The notes under the pieces were generated by a model. That model had not been told where the DNA came from and searched no databases. It saw nothing but the letters and a program-made list of their open reading frames with translations. Both the position numbers and the translations under genes were made by a program. From Bellilinea caldifistulae (GTDB lineage: Bacteria > Chloroflexota > Anaerolineae > Anaerolineales > Anaerolineaceae), in assembly GCF_001306055.1 (NCBI RefSeq), contig NZ_LGHJ01000019.1:180001-212000 (forward strand): DNA of 32,000 nucleotides, read 5' to 3'. Shown here one piece after another: positions 8,594 through 17,573 of the stretch. The number at the start of each line of letters is the position of its first letter. The first letter of the stretch is position 1.

Positions 8594-9451
8594 ATGCCGA
8601 AACGGATTCTCTCTTTTACCATTCTCTTGTTCTTCTTGAGCAGTTGCAATTTACCAGCTGGCGGCAACCCCACACCAACCATGGATCTGGTAGCAACTCA
8701 GGTGGCCGCAATCCTGACCAGCCAGCCGACCGTTCCACCGCTGCCAAGCGACACCCCTGTCCCCACCGACCAGCCGGCTCAACCGACCCTCCCAGCCGAA
8801 ACCCCCGGCACAACTCCAACATCCTCCCCCGAACCTTCATTCACCCCCACTACTCTCAGCGATGACCCTCGCCAGGTGTTGGGTAATCCCACTTTCGTGG
8901 ATACGCTGGACAATGGCCGATCGTTTGGCTTACAGGACAAATCCTACGACGATGATTACACCTTCATCCGTGTTGAAAACGGCGCTCTGGTACTGACCAG
9001 CCGATACGCCATTGGTTACCGGGGCTGGCGCACCGGTGGCGCCAAAATCGGAAATGCCTACCTGGAAACCCTTGTTCGTACTGGTGAATGCAATGGGCTG
9101 GATACCTACGGTTTGGTTTTTCGCTCATCGGATTTCGTCAATGGTTACTGGTTCCAATTGACCTGTGATGGTAAATGGGCATTTGGCTACTGGGATGGAC
9201 AACAATATGTCAACCTGGCGGAAGGCGGTAATGTCAATGATGCCATTCGCACCGGTTCCAACCAGACCAACCGAATTGGGGTTTACGCCGTCGGCAGCAA
9301 TTACACCCTCTACGTTAACGGAGTTAAAATCCGCGAGATCAGCGATAACACCTTCACCGAACCCGGTTCATATGGCATCGTGATTGCTGCACGGAATACC
9401 CCCAATTTCACCGTTTATGCCGAAGAGTTTGCCATCTGGAAATTGGATTAA
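8594..9451 (+). CDS. Secreted lipoprotein with a Pro/Thr-rich linker and a concanavalin/LamG-like beta-sandwich domain
   Basis: Signal peptide with lipobox (FFLSSC). P/T-rich tract at about 8720-8858. The C-terminal domain is rich in aromatic/Gly beta-strand patterns (GYWFQLTCDGKWAFGYWDG, YTLYVNG). SD AAGGA lies upstream. Confidence 0.6.
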   Translation: MPKRILSFTILLFFLSSCNLPAGGNPTPTMDLVATQVAAILTSQPTVPPLPSDTPVPTDQPAQPTLPAETPGTTPTSSPEPSFTPTTLSDDPRQVLGNPTFVDTLDNGRSFGLQDKSYDDDYTFIRVENGALVLTSRYAIGYRGWRTGGAKIGNAYLETLVRTGECNGLDTYGLVFRSSDFVNGYWFQLTCDGKWAFGYWDGQQYVNLAEGGNVNDAIRTGSNQTNRIGVYAVGSNYTLYVNGVKIREISDNTFTEPGSYGIVIAARNTPNFTVYAEEFAIWKLD

Positions 9452-9460
9452 GTAATCGCT

Positions 9461-10033
9461 ATGAGTTTTGATCCCCGCCGTCAACAAGTCGTTGAACAAG
9501 CCCTCCAATGGATCAATGAAAAGCCAGTTTTTCTGGATACCGAAACCACCGGACTGGATAAAAATGCCGAGATCATCGAAATTGCGGTCATTGACCAGGA
9601 TGGCTCAACGCTATTTGAGTCTTTTGTCCGGCCCTACCGACCGATTCCCCCGGATTTGACTGCCATCCACCAAATTGAAAACTCCATGGTAAAAAATGCC
9701 CCCACTTTTCCGGTCGTTTGGGCTTCATTACGCAGCCTGATTCTCGACCGCAAGGTTGCGGTTTACAACGCAGAATTCGACCTGCGCATGATGCGTCAGT
9801 CCTATGAAGTCTACAAATTGCCATGGAAAGAACGGCTGTCCACCTTCGATGTCATGAAGTTGTACGCTGCTTACCGTGGCCAATGGGATCAGGCGCGTCG
9901 CGCCTATCGTTTCTTCAAACTGGAAGAAGCCGGCCAAAGCATGAATATTCCGCTTCCCAATTCTCATCGTGCAGCCGATGACGCCCGTCTAACCCGCGCA
10001 TTACTCTACAAAATTGCCGGGCTGAATTATTAA
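9461..10033 (+). CDS. DEDDh-family 3'-5' exonuclease (DnaQ/RNase T-like)
   Basis: ExoI FLDTETTGL, ExoII-like YNAEFDLRMM, ExoIII HRAADDARLT (H-x4-D). Confidence 0.75.
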   Translation: MSFDPRRQQVVEQALQWINEKPVFLDTETTGLDKNAEIIEIAVIDQDGSTLFESFVRPYRPIPPDLTAIHQIENSMVKNAPTFPVVWASLRSLILDRKVAVYNAEFDLRMMRQSYEVYKLPWKERLSTFDVMKLYAAYRGQWDQARRAYRFFKLEEAGQSMNIPLPNSHRAADDARLTRALLYKIAGLNY

Positions 10034-10047
10034 CCCTGTTAACCCTG

Positions 10048-12168
10048 ATGAGCCTGCCAGAATTTTTCTCCACCCAACGTCAAATTGCCGAATCTCCCCT
10101 GAACCGGAAAATATTTTTACATGGCGAACCGGGCAGCGGTAAAACTACAGCCGGTTTGGCACGGCTGGTTTTTCTTCTAGAAAGTGGTATTCCGGCGGAG
10201 CAGATTTTGATTTTATTACCTCAGCGCACCTTAGCCCAACCTTATTACGACTATCTGGCTCAAAACCCGCTCCCTCCCGGCGGATTACCAACCATTGTCA
10301 CCTTGGGCGGCCTCAGCCAGCGTACTATTCAATTGTTTTGGCCAGCAATCAGCGCTGAAGCAGGATTTGCCCAACCTCATCAACCCCCATTGTTTCTCAC
10401 CCTCGAAACGGCTCAGTATTACATGGCAAAAGTCGTCGAACCGTTTCTCGATCAGGGCTATTTCGAACAACTGGTGATTGACCGTAACCGGCTCTACTCA
10501 CAGTTATTGGATAACCTCAACAAAGCGGCGTTGGTTGGCTTTGCTCACACCACACTTGGTGAACGGCTGAAACAGGCCTGGAATGGTCAATCCCAGCACC
10601 TGATCGTGTTTGATCAGGCCCAGGAATGCATCAAGGCGTTTCGGGAATATTGCCTGGCAAATAACTTGCTGGATTTTTCCCTGCAAATTGAATTGTTCAT
10701 CCATCACTTGTGGCGTTCTTTTTTGGTACGCAACTATTTACAAACCCAATACCGCCACCTGATTTACGATAATATCGAAGAAGATGCGCCGGCTGCTCAT
10801 GATGTCATCGGTGAATGGCTGCCGATTTTTGATTCAGCCGTACTCATTTTTGATTTGCACGGCGGCCACCGCATTTTTTTGGGCGCCGATCCACAATCGG
10901 CGGCTTTGCTGGCCAATTTTTGCGATGAAGTTGTGGAATTTCCCCCCAGCTTGATCTGCCCTCCACCAATACGCCAGTTTCAATCCGCCCTGGTAAAGTC
11001 CGTTCAGCGCCAATTGACCATTGAAGAACTGACTCCGCAAATCAAAACCGCATTTACCCATTTACCGGCTCGTTTTTACCCGGAGATGGTGGATCGGGTT
11101 TGTAAAACCATTGATGAATTAGTCCACCAAAAGCAGGTAGCCCCGTGTGAAATTGCCGTACTGGCGCCATTTATGTCTGATTCGCTGCGTTTTTCGTTGA
11201 TGAACCGTTTGGAAGAGTACCAGATCCCCGCCCGCTCCCACCGCCCTTCCCGCAGTCTGTATGATGAACCGGCTGTACGCACCCTGATCACACTGGCAAA
11301 ATTAGCCCATCCCCATTGGGAAATGCCGCCCACCCGCGAGGAAATCCGCTCCATGCTGGTCCACTGCATCGCAGATCTCGATTTAGTCCGTGCGGATTTG
11401 TTAATGCAAATGGGCTTCGCTGCCAAAAAGCAATCCTTCCCTCTGCGTCCTTTTGAGGAAATCGGTGCGGGGGGACGCGAAAGAATCACTTATTCAGCTG
11501 GTTTGCGTTACTCCCGCTTACGTGAATGGCTGTTGAATTATATCGAGCGGGGAGAAGAAGAGGAGCTGGATGTCTTTTTCGCCTTCTTGTTTGGGGAAGT
11601 ATTATCCCAGCCCGGTTACGGATTTCACGATCATCTGGATGATGCTTCAGTTACCGCTCGTTTGATTGAGTCTATTCAGAAATTTCGGCAAGTCATCGAA
11701 CCGGTACGTAGCCAGCAACCCGGTTTTTCGGTGGGGTTTGAATATTTGAAAATGGTTCAACAGGGAGTAATTTCCGCTCTTTATCTGACCCCTGTAGAAG
11801 AAGAAAATGCCGTTTTAATATCACCGGCATATTCGTTCATCATCAATAATCGCCCGGTGCGCTTTCAGTTCTGGTTGGATTGTGGCAATTTCGGCTGGTG
11901 GGAACGCCTGTTTCAACCACTCACCCACCCCTACGTTCTCAGCCGCAACTGGCAGCCAGGAAGGTTGTGGACGGACGTAGAAGAATACGAAACCAATCAG
12001 CAATCCCTGATACGAATCATTCGGGGTTTAACCTACCGTTGCAGCGAGCATGTGTTCCTTTGCACCAGCCGAATTAATGAGCGCGGTGCCGAGGAACGTG
12101 GCGCTTTATTGCTGGCTTTCCAGGGTTTACTGCGCCGGTTACATCAGCAAGAGGCAGCCCATGAATAA
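10048..12168 (+). CDS. UvrD-like ATPase with degenerate helicase motifs (AddB/RecC-like accessory motor), 706 aa
   Basis: Walker A GEPGSGKTT is intact. YDNIEED sits where DExQD is expected, LGADPQSA where VGDxxQxIY is expected, and GLTYRCSEHVFL where VGxTRAxxxL is expected. There is no sequence beyond the motif VI equivalent. Confidence 0.65.
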   Translation: MSLPEFFSTQRQIAESPLNRKIFLHGEPGSGKTTAGLARLVFLLESGIPAEQILILLPQRTLAQPYYDYLAQNPLPPGGLPTIVTLGGLSQRTIQLFWPAISAEAGFAQPHQPPLFLTLETAQYYMAKVVEPFLDQGYFEQLVIDRNRLYSQLLDNLNKAALVGFAHTTLGERLKQAWNGQSQHLIVFDQAQECIKAFREYCLANNLLDFSLQIELFIHHLWRSFLVRNYLQTQYRHLIYDNIEEDAPAAHDVIGEWLPIFDSAVLIFDLHGGHRIFLGADPQSAALLANFCDEVVEFPPSLICPPPIRQFQSALVKSVQRQLTIEELTPQIKTAFTHLPARFYPEMVDRVCKTIDELVHQKQVAPCEIAVLAPFMSDSLRFSLMNRLEEYQIPARSHRPSRSLYDEPAVRTLITLAKLAHPHWEMPPTREEIRSMLVHCIADLDLVRADLLMQMGFAAKKQSFPLRPFEEIGAGGRERITYSAGLRYSRLREWLLNYIERGEEEELDVFFAFLFGEVLSQPGYGFHDHLDDASVTARLIESIQKFRQVIEPVRSQQPGFSVGFEYLKMVQQGVISALYLTPVEEENAVLISPAYSFIINNRPVRFQFWLDCGNFGWWERLFQPLTHPYVLSRNWQPGRLWTDVEEYETNQQSLIRIIRGLTYRCSEHVFLCTSRINERGAEERGALLLAFQGLLRRLHQQEAAHE

Positions 12169-14428
12169 CCGCCATCAACCTCGCCCCCACCAAACCCAAA
12201 TCCTGAATTATTCCGGCGGATGGATGGGCGTATCTGCAGTTCCGGGCAGTGGAAAAACCTACACGCTTTCCTTACTGGCAGCTCAAATCATCACCAGCGG
12301 TAAGATCAATGAGGAACAGGAAGTCTTAATTGTCACCCTGGTCAATTCCGCAGTGGATAACTTTGCCACCCGGATTGGTTCGTTTGTAGAACAATTCGGC
12401 TTGATGCGCGACATGAACTACCGCGTCCGCACCCTTCATGGCCTGGCCCATGACATTGTGCGCGAACGCCCCGACCTGGCCGGTCTTTCAGACCGTTTCA
12501 GCATCGCAGATGAGCGTGACAGCGATGAAATCGTCAAGGCAGCCGTATCGGGGTGGGTGCGTTCTCACCCGGAATTCATCCTGGAATGGACAAACCCCAA
12601 TCTCAACCCCCAGCGAAATTCCGACCTGCAAAAAAAATGGGAGGACTTACTGGTTAAGGTAGCACGGGCATTTATCCGTCAGGCCAAAGATTTGCAGCTT
12701 TCACCTCAACAAATTCGTGATCAATTGAGCAGCACCCATTACAATCATTCGTTGATTCAGTTGGGGTTGGATGTGTATGAAAGCTACCAGCGCGGTCTGA
12801 TGCTGCGTAGTTTGATTGATTTTGATGACCTGATCCGGCTGGCGCTCAATGTGCTGAATACCGATTCAGATTATTTGCGGCGGCTTCGCTATCGCTTTCC
12901 GTATATTTTAGAAGACGAAGCCCAGGACAGTTCGCGCCTTCAGGAAGAAATTTTACGCCGGCTGGCTGGAGAAGACGGCAACTGGGTGCGGGTAGGTGAC
13001 CCCAATCAAGCCATTTACGAAACCTTTACAACCGCCAGCCCGGAATATTTGCGTAATTTTCTCAAACTGCAAAGCGTCCAGGCATATGACCTGCCCGATT
13101 CGGGGCGCTCAACAGCCAGCATCATCCGTCTGGCAAATGAACTGATCCGCTGGACGATTCAGGATCACCCCGTCGAAGCCCTGAGAAATGCACTGACACC
13201 ACCCTATGTCCGCCCCACACCGCCCGGAGACCCGCAGCCCAATCCGCCGGATGAGCCCAATGAAATCTTCCTTGTGATGAAAAAATTTTCTCCCGAGGGG
13301 GAAATAAAGGCCGTGGTTGACTCGCTCAAACGCTGGCTGCCGCAGCACCCGCACCAAACCGTAGCCGTGCTGGTGCCACGCAATGAACGCGGTGGCAAAG
13401 TCGTCACTGCGCTGAAAGGTGCCGGCATCCCCGTCATTGAATTGCTTCAATCCAGCCAGACCACCCGGCAAACCGCTGCCGTTCTGGAAAAGATCCTCAA
13501 AAGTCTTAATAAAGCCGCCGATAACCGATTGCTGGTGGATGTGTTCAAGGAGGTCATCCGGCTACTTTTCCCGGAAAACGCCCCTGATAACGGGGTTGTG
13601 CAGCAGGCAACACAATTATTGTGGGCAAATTCCGAACCCGAAAATTATCTGTATCCCCGCGCGGAAAACAACTGGCTGGATGAGTTACACCGCAGGGACG
13701 ATTTATTCGACCAGACCACAGCCATATTGAAAGATTTTGCTCTGCTCATGCGCCGCTGGCAGCAAGCAATTCTGCTGCCCATTGACCAGTTGATTTTGAC
13801 CATTGCTCAGGATTTATTCCGCGAACCAACCCAATTAGCCCTGGCGCACAGCCTCGCCCTCTTGTTGGGACGCACAGCTCAGCGTCACCCGGAATGGCAA
13901 CTGCCGCAATTTACGGAAGAATTGGGACTAATTGCCCGTAACGAACGGCGTATCCTCGGTTTCAGTGACGAAGAGCCAGGATTTGACCCGGATGAACATC
14001 CGGGTAAGGTGGTGGTGGCCACGATTCACAAAGCCAAAGGGTTGGAATGGGACCGGGTTTACTTGATGTCGGTCAACAATTACGACTTTCCTTCCGCGCA
14101 AGGGTTTGACCGTTATTATTCCGAAAAATACTTTGTCCGCAATCAACTTAATCTTGAAGCCGAGGCTCTCAGCCGATTGAAAGCCCTCGCCAACCGAGAA
14201 TTGACATCCCTGTATCTGGAGGAAGGTATTGCCACCCAACAAGCCCGGCTGGAATACTGCGCCGAACGATTGCGCTTATTCTATGTGGGCATCACTCGAG
14301 CTCGCCGTTCTTTGATAATCACCTGGAATACCGGCAAAGATACCCAAGGCAGCGAGAACTCCCCGGCTTTGCCTTTTGTCCATCTTCAGAAGTTCTGGGA
14401 GGAATACCGCCGTGAAACTTCCGCCTGA
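12161..14428 (+). CDS. UvrD/Rep/PcrA-type SF1 DNA helicase, 755 aa
   Basis: AVPGSGKTY (I), ILEDEAQDSS (II), VGDPNQAIYETF (III), TIHKAKGLEWDRVYL (V), LFYVGITRARRSLII (VI). ATG at 12161 with AAGAGG upstream, overlapping the previous stop by 8 nt. The ORF-track start at 12050 is rejected. Confidence 0.85.
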   Translation: MNNRHQPRPHQTQILNYSGGWMGVSAVPGSGKTYTLSLLAAQIITSGKINEEQEVLIVTLVNSAVDNFATRIGSFVEQFGLMRDMNYRVRTLHGLAHDIVRERPDLAGLSDRFSIADERDSDEIVKAAVSGWVRSHPEFILEWTNPNLNPQRNSDLQKKWEDLLVKVARAFIRQAKDLQLSPQQIRDQLSSTHYNHSLIQLGLDVYESYQRGLMLRSLIDFDDLIRLALNVLNTDSDYLRRLRYRFPYILEDEAQDSSRLQEEILRRLAGEDGNWVRVGDPNQAIYETFTTASPEYLRNFLKLQSVQAYDLPDSGRSTASIIRLANELIRWTIQDHPVEALRNALTPPYVRPTPPGDPQPNPPDEPNEIFLVMKKFSPEGEIKAVVDSLKRWLPQHPHQTVAVLVPRNERGGKVVTALKGAGIPVIELLQSSQTTRQTAAVLEKILKSLNKAADNRLLVDVFKEVIRLLFPENAPDNGVVQQATQLLWANSEPENYLYPRAENNWLDELHRRDDLFDQTTAILKDFALLMRRWQQAILLPIDQLILTIAQDLFREPTQLALAHSLALLLGRTAQRHPEWQLPQFTEELGLIARNERRILGFSDEEPGFDPDEHPGKVVVATIHKAKGLEWDRVYLMSVNNYDFPSAQGFDRYYSEKYFVRNQLNLEAEALSRLKALANRELTSLYLEEGIATQQARLEYCAERLRLFYVGITRARRSLIITWNTGKDTQGSENSPALPFVHLQKFWEEYRRETSA

Positions 14429-15236
14429 ATTTACATTTAGCCAGAACAATTTACAGGATTTTATCGAGTGTCCACGTCGTTTTGAACTGCGTTACCTGCT
14501 GCGGCAACCCTGGCCGGCAATTCAGTCCCAACCGGTACTTGAACACGAACAGCACCTGCGCCGCGGGGAAATTTTCCACCAGATGATCCAGCAGCATCAA
14601 ATCGGCTTGCCGGTCGAAAGAATCAGCGCGCAGGCTTACGATCAAACCCTGCTTGCCTGGTGGGAAGATTACCTTGGCAGCCAACCGCATCCCTTACCGG
14701 AGCGACGCTTTGTCGAACATATCCTTCAGACCACATTTGGCAACTACCGCTTTCTTGCCAAATTTGATCTAATCGCCATTCAACCTGGCGAGAAAATGAT
14801 CATCGTGGATTGGAAAACCGGACGGCGCAAACCCCCGCGCAGTATCCTCTCCCGCCGCATTCAAACCCGCCTGTATCCGTTTCTCCTGTGGAAGTGCTCC
14901 GCAGCATTGGATAAAACCATCCCCTATTCGCCCGAACAAATCGAAATGATTTACTGGTTCACGGCCGATCCGCTGAGCCCGGAACACTTCCCGTATTCCC
15001 AAAAACAGGCAGAGCGCGATGGTGAGTACCTGCTCAAACTGGTTCAGGAGATTGAACAGGATGCCCGAACTTTCTTTCCGCTCACTTCACAAGAGCAACG
15101 TTGTTCGCTTTGTGTCTATCGTTCGCTTTGCAATCGAGGAATTACCGCTGGCAGCGCAGAAGACGAGATGGATGAGGAAGTGGATGATGAACGGCTGGAT
15201 ATAGCCTTCGATCAAATTGGCGAGACCGAATTTTAA
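14412..15236 (+). CDS. Stand-alone PD-(D/E)XK nuclease with a Cas4/AddB-type four-Cys (Fe-S) arrangement, 274 aa
   Basis: FDLIAI...IIVDWKTG (D...(D/E)xK) and QTRLY (QxxxY). One N-terminal Cys (FIECPRRF) plus a C-terminal CSLCVYRSLC (CxxCx5C). GTG at 14412 is preceded by GGGAGG. The ORF-track start at 14376 is a TTG. Confidence 0.75.
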   Translation: MKLPPEFTFSQNNLQDFIECPRRFELRYLLRQPWPAIQSQPVLEHEQHLRRGEIFHQMIQQHQIGLPVERISAQAYDQTLLAWWEDYLGSQPHPLPERRFVEHILQTTFGNYRFLAKFDLIAIQPGEKMIIVDWKTGRRKPPRSILSRRIQTRLYPFLLWKCSAALDKTIPYSPEQIEMIYWFTADPLSPEHFPYSQKQAERDGEYLLKLVQEIEQDARTFFPLTSQEQRCSLCVYRSLCNRGITAGSAEDEMDEEVDDERLDIAFDQIGETEF

Positions 15237-17573
15237 ATGAAACGATCGTTTGCAGGCATTGAACGTATCTGGCTGGATGCCGAGGACACCCCTATCCCAT
15301 CGGGATTACGGCAATTGGCGGGGGAGAATACATTGCTGGCCCGAACTCTTGCCCGGCGTGGGTTGAAGACCTTTGAGGAAGCCCGTGCCTTTTTGGATCA
15401 CCGCTTTTACCGCCCCGCGGAGCCCTTTGAAATGCCGGATGTGGAAAAAGGGGTGAATCTGATCCACAATGCCATCCTCGATGGCAAGAAAATTGGCGTG
15501 TGGGGTGATTTTGATGTAGATGGACAAACCGCCACTACCCTGCTGGTTTCAATTCTCAAATCCCTCGGTGCACAAGTGGAATACTATATTCCCGTACGCG
15601 AACGCGAATCACACGGCGTTCACCTGGATGGATTAGAACGGATGCTTGCCAAGGGTGTGGAGGTGATTCTCACCTGCGACACGGGAATCACTGCTCAGCC
15701 GGCCGCGGACTTTTTGCGCCAGCGCGGGATTGGGTTTGTGATCACCGATCACCACACACTGCCCGGCATTCTCCCCACCGCTGACGCGGTAATCAACCCC
15801 CAAAGATTATCCGAAGATCATCCCATGCGAACACTGGCTGGGGTTGGGACGGCTTTTGTATTTGCTCAAGCCCTGTGTCAAAGGATGGACAAACCTGAAG
15901 TTGCCGAAGAACACCTCGATCTGGTTGCATTAGGATGTGTGGCCGATGTGGCTATTCTGCGGGGGGACACCCGCTACTGGGTACAGCGTGGTTTGGAATT
16001 GATGCGAAATCCCCACCGCCCGGCACTTCTGCAGCTCATGCAAAATGCTGAAATCAACCCGGCTCACCTGAACGAACAACATATTGGTTTCAGCCTTGCC
16101 CCCCGCCTGAATGCCATTGGACGTCTGGGTGATGCAAACCCGGTAGTTGAGTTCCTCTCCTCATCCGATACGCAAGCTATTGCCCTTTTTGCAGCGCAAT
16201 TAGAGGGTTACAACAGTCAGCGCCGTTTTCTCACCGATCAGGTGTTCCTCTCCGCTTTACAGCAAATTGATCAAGACTCGCGTGTCCTGGATTATGCTGT
16301 TCTGGTGTTGCACCACCCGGAATGGCCCGGCGGCATCAATGGCATCGTCGCCAGTCGGCTGGTTGAAATCTTTCAGCGTCCAGTGATTTTGCTAAGTTCA
16401 CCACCCGGCCAGCCTATGCGCGGCTCGGCTCGTTCGGTTGAGGGTATCAACATTACTGATGCCATTGCCAGTGCTCAACACCTTCTCAGCGGCTTTGGCG
16501 GACATCCCATGGCGGCTGGGCTGGCATTGCCGCCCGAAAATTTTCACGAATTTCGCCGTCTGGTATCGGCTCATGTGGAGTACCAGCGAACCCAAAATCA
16601 GCAAAAACCGCTTCTCCTGGTTGACGCGTGGATGAAACTCAGCGATCTGGACTTGTCATGGATCGAGGAATTGGAAAAATTGGCACCTTTTGGAGCGGGT
16701 AACCCACCACTGGTCTTTGCCAGCCGCAATCTCACCCTGCTGAATTCAACCCCGATTGGTAAAACGCAAGAACATTTGATGACGATTGTTGAGGATGAGG
16801 AAGGAAATACCCGCCGGGTGATCTGGTGGCAGGGTGCTCGTTCCATGCTTCCAGAAGGACGCTTTGACCTGGCTTACCATGCCCGGCCGGTCAATTTTGG
16901 CGGTGATTTAGAAGTTCAATTGGAGTGGATCGTTGCCCGACCATTAGAGATGGATTCCATTTCAATATCCGACACCACGCCGCTGGAAGTCATTGATTTA
17001 CGCACCTCCGAATCCCTTTTGGAGGAACTTGCCGGAAAAAACATTCCCTCCGAGCAGATGCTTTTCTGGGCGGACGGAGCAGTCTCCCTCGACATACCAG
17101 TAAAACAGCGTTGGCAACTGACCCCGGCGAAGACACTGGTCATCTGCACACCTCCTCCTTCCCAAAAGGTATTATCCGAAGCGCTCCAACAGGTTCAAGC
17201 CAAACGACTCGTTTTGGGCTGCCTTGAACCGCCCGTTGACAAACCCCAGCCCTTTTTACAGGCTCTAACCGGCATGATCAGGTATATACTCAAGAAAAAC
17301 GGCGGAAAAGCGTCCTTACTCCGAATGGCTGCCGCATTGAATCAGCGCGAAGAAACCATCCTCACCGGCATTGAATGGCTGGCTGGCAAGGGCTTCATCC
17401 GCATCATTGAACGAGATGACCAATCCCTCACCCTTGCCGAGGGAGGCGTTCCAGACCCTGCACTCACAAATGAGAAAGAAGCGCGGCTGCGTTCCTTACT
17501 GGAAGAAAGCCGCGCCTTCCGCGAATTCTATCGGCAGGCATCCCCTACCAGCCTGATGAGGGAAAATGCCTAA
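15237..17573 (+). CDS. recJ: Single-stranded-DNA-specific 5'-3' exonuclease RecJ
   Basis: DHH motifs (GDFDVDGQTAT, LTCDTG, ITDHH) and DHHA1 (GGHPMAAG). The ATG immediately follows the TAA of the upstream nuclease gene. Confidence 0.9.
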   Translation: MKRSFAGIERIWLDAEDTPIPSGLRQLAGENTLLARTLARRGLKTFEEARAFLDHRFYRPAEPFEMPDVEKGVNLIHNAILDGKKIGVWGDFDVDGQTATTLLVSILKSLGAQVEYYIPVRERESHGVHLDGLERMLAKGVEVILTCDTGITAQPAADFLRQRGIGFVITDHHTLPGILPTADAVINPQRLSEDHPMRTLAGVGTAFVFAQALCQRMDKPEVAEEHLDLVALGCVADVAILRGDTRYWVQRGLELMRNPHRPALLQLMQNAEINPAHLNEQHIGFSLAPRLNAIGRLGDANPVVEFLSSSDTQAIALFAAQLEGYNSQRRFLTDQVFLSALQQIDQDSRVLDYAVLVLHHPEWPGGINGIVASRLVEIFQRPVILLSSPPGQPMRGSARSVEGINITDAIASAQHLLSGFGGHPMAAGLALPPENFHEFRRLVSAHVEYQRTQNQQKPLLLVDAWMKLSDLDLSWIEELEKLAPFGAGNPPLVFASRNLTLLNSTPIGKTQEHLMTIVEDEEGNTRRVIWWQGARSMLPEGRFDLAYHARPVNFGGDLEVQLEWIVARPLEMDSISISDTTPLEVIDLRTSESLLEELAGKNIPSEQMLFWADGAVSLDIPVKQRWQLTPAKTLVICTPPPSQKVLSEALQQVQAKRLVLGCLEPPVDKPQPFLQALTGMIRYILKKNGGKASLLRMAAALNQREETILTGIEWLAGKGFIRIIERDDQSLTLAEGGVPDPALTNEKEARLRSLLEESRAFREFYRQASPTSLMRENA

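Noticed and set aside
10031-10047. Direct repeat TAACCCTGT-TAACCCTG between the exonuclease and the 706-aa gene
   Set aside because: It is only two 8-nt copies in a 14-nt spacer. That is too short to call a repeat element or att site and could occur by chance.
12050-12160. N-terminal extensions proposed by the ORF track (12050 for the helicase, 18457 for AIM24, 4853 for ppgK, 27762 for moaC, 27728 for scpA)
   Set aside because: The extensions overlap neighbouring genes or lie in promoter DNA. Those I checked begin at non-ATG codons: 27728 is TTG, as are the comparable ORF-track starts at 14376 and 18775. They also add residues absent from the family N-termini. Internal ATG/GTG starts with an SD or a -10 box fit better.
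15237-17573. RecJ length (778 aa) as an unusual C-terminal extension
   Set aside because: Long RecJ proteins of similar size exist, for example in Bacillus. The extra C-terminal region, with a winged-helix-like segment, is therefore not clearly anomalous.
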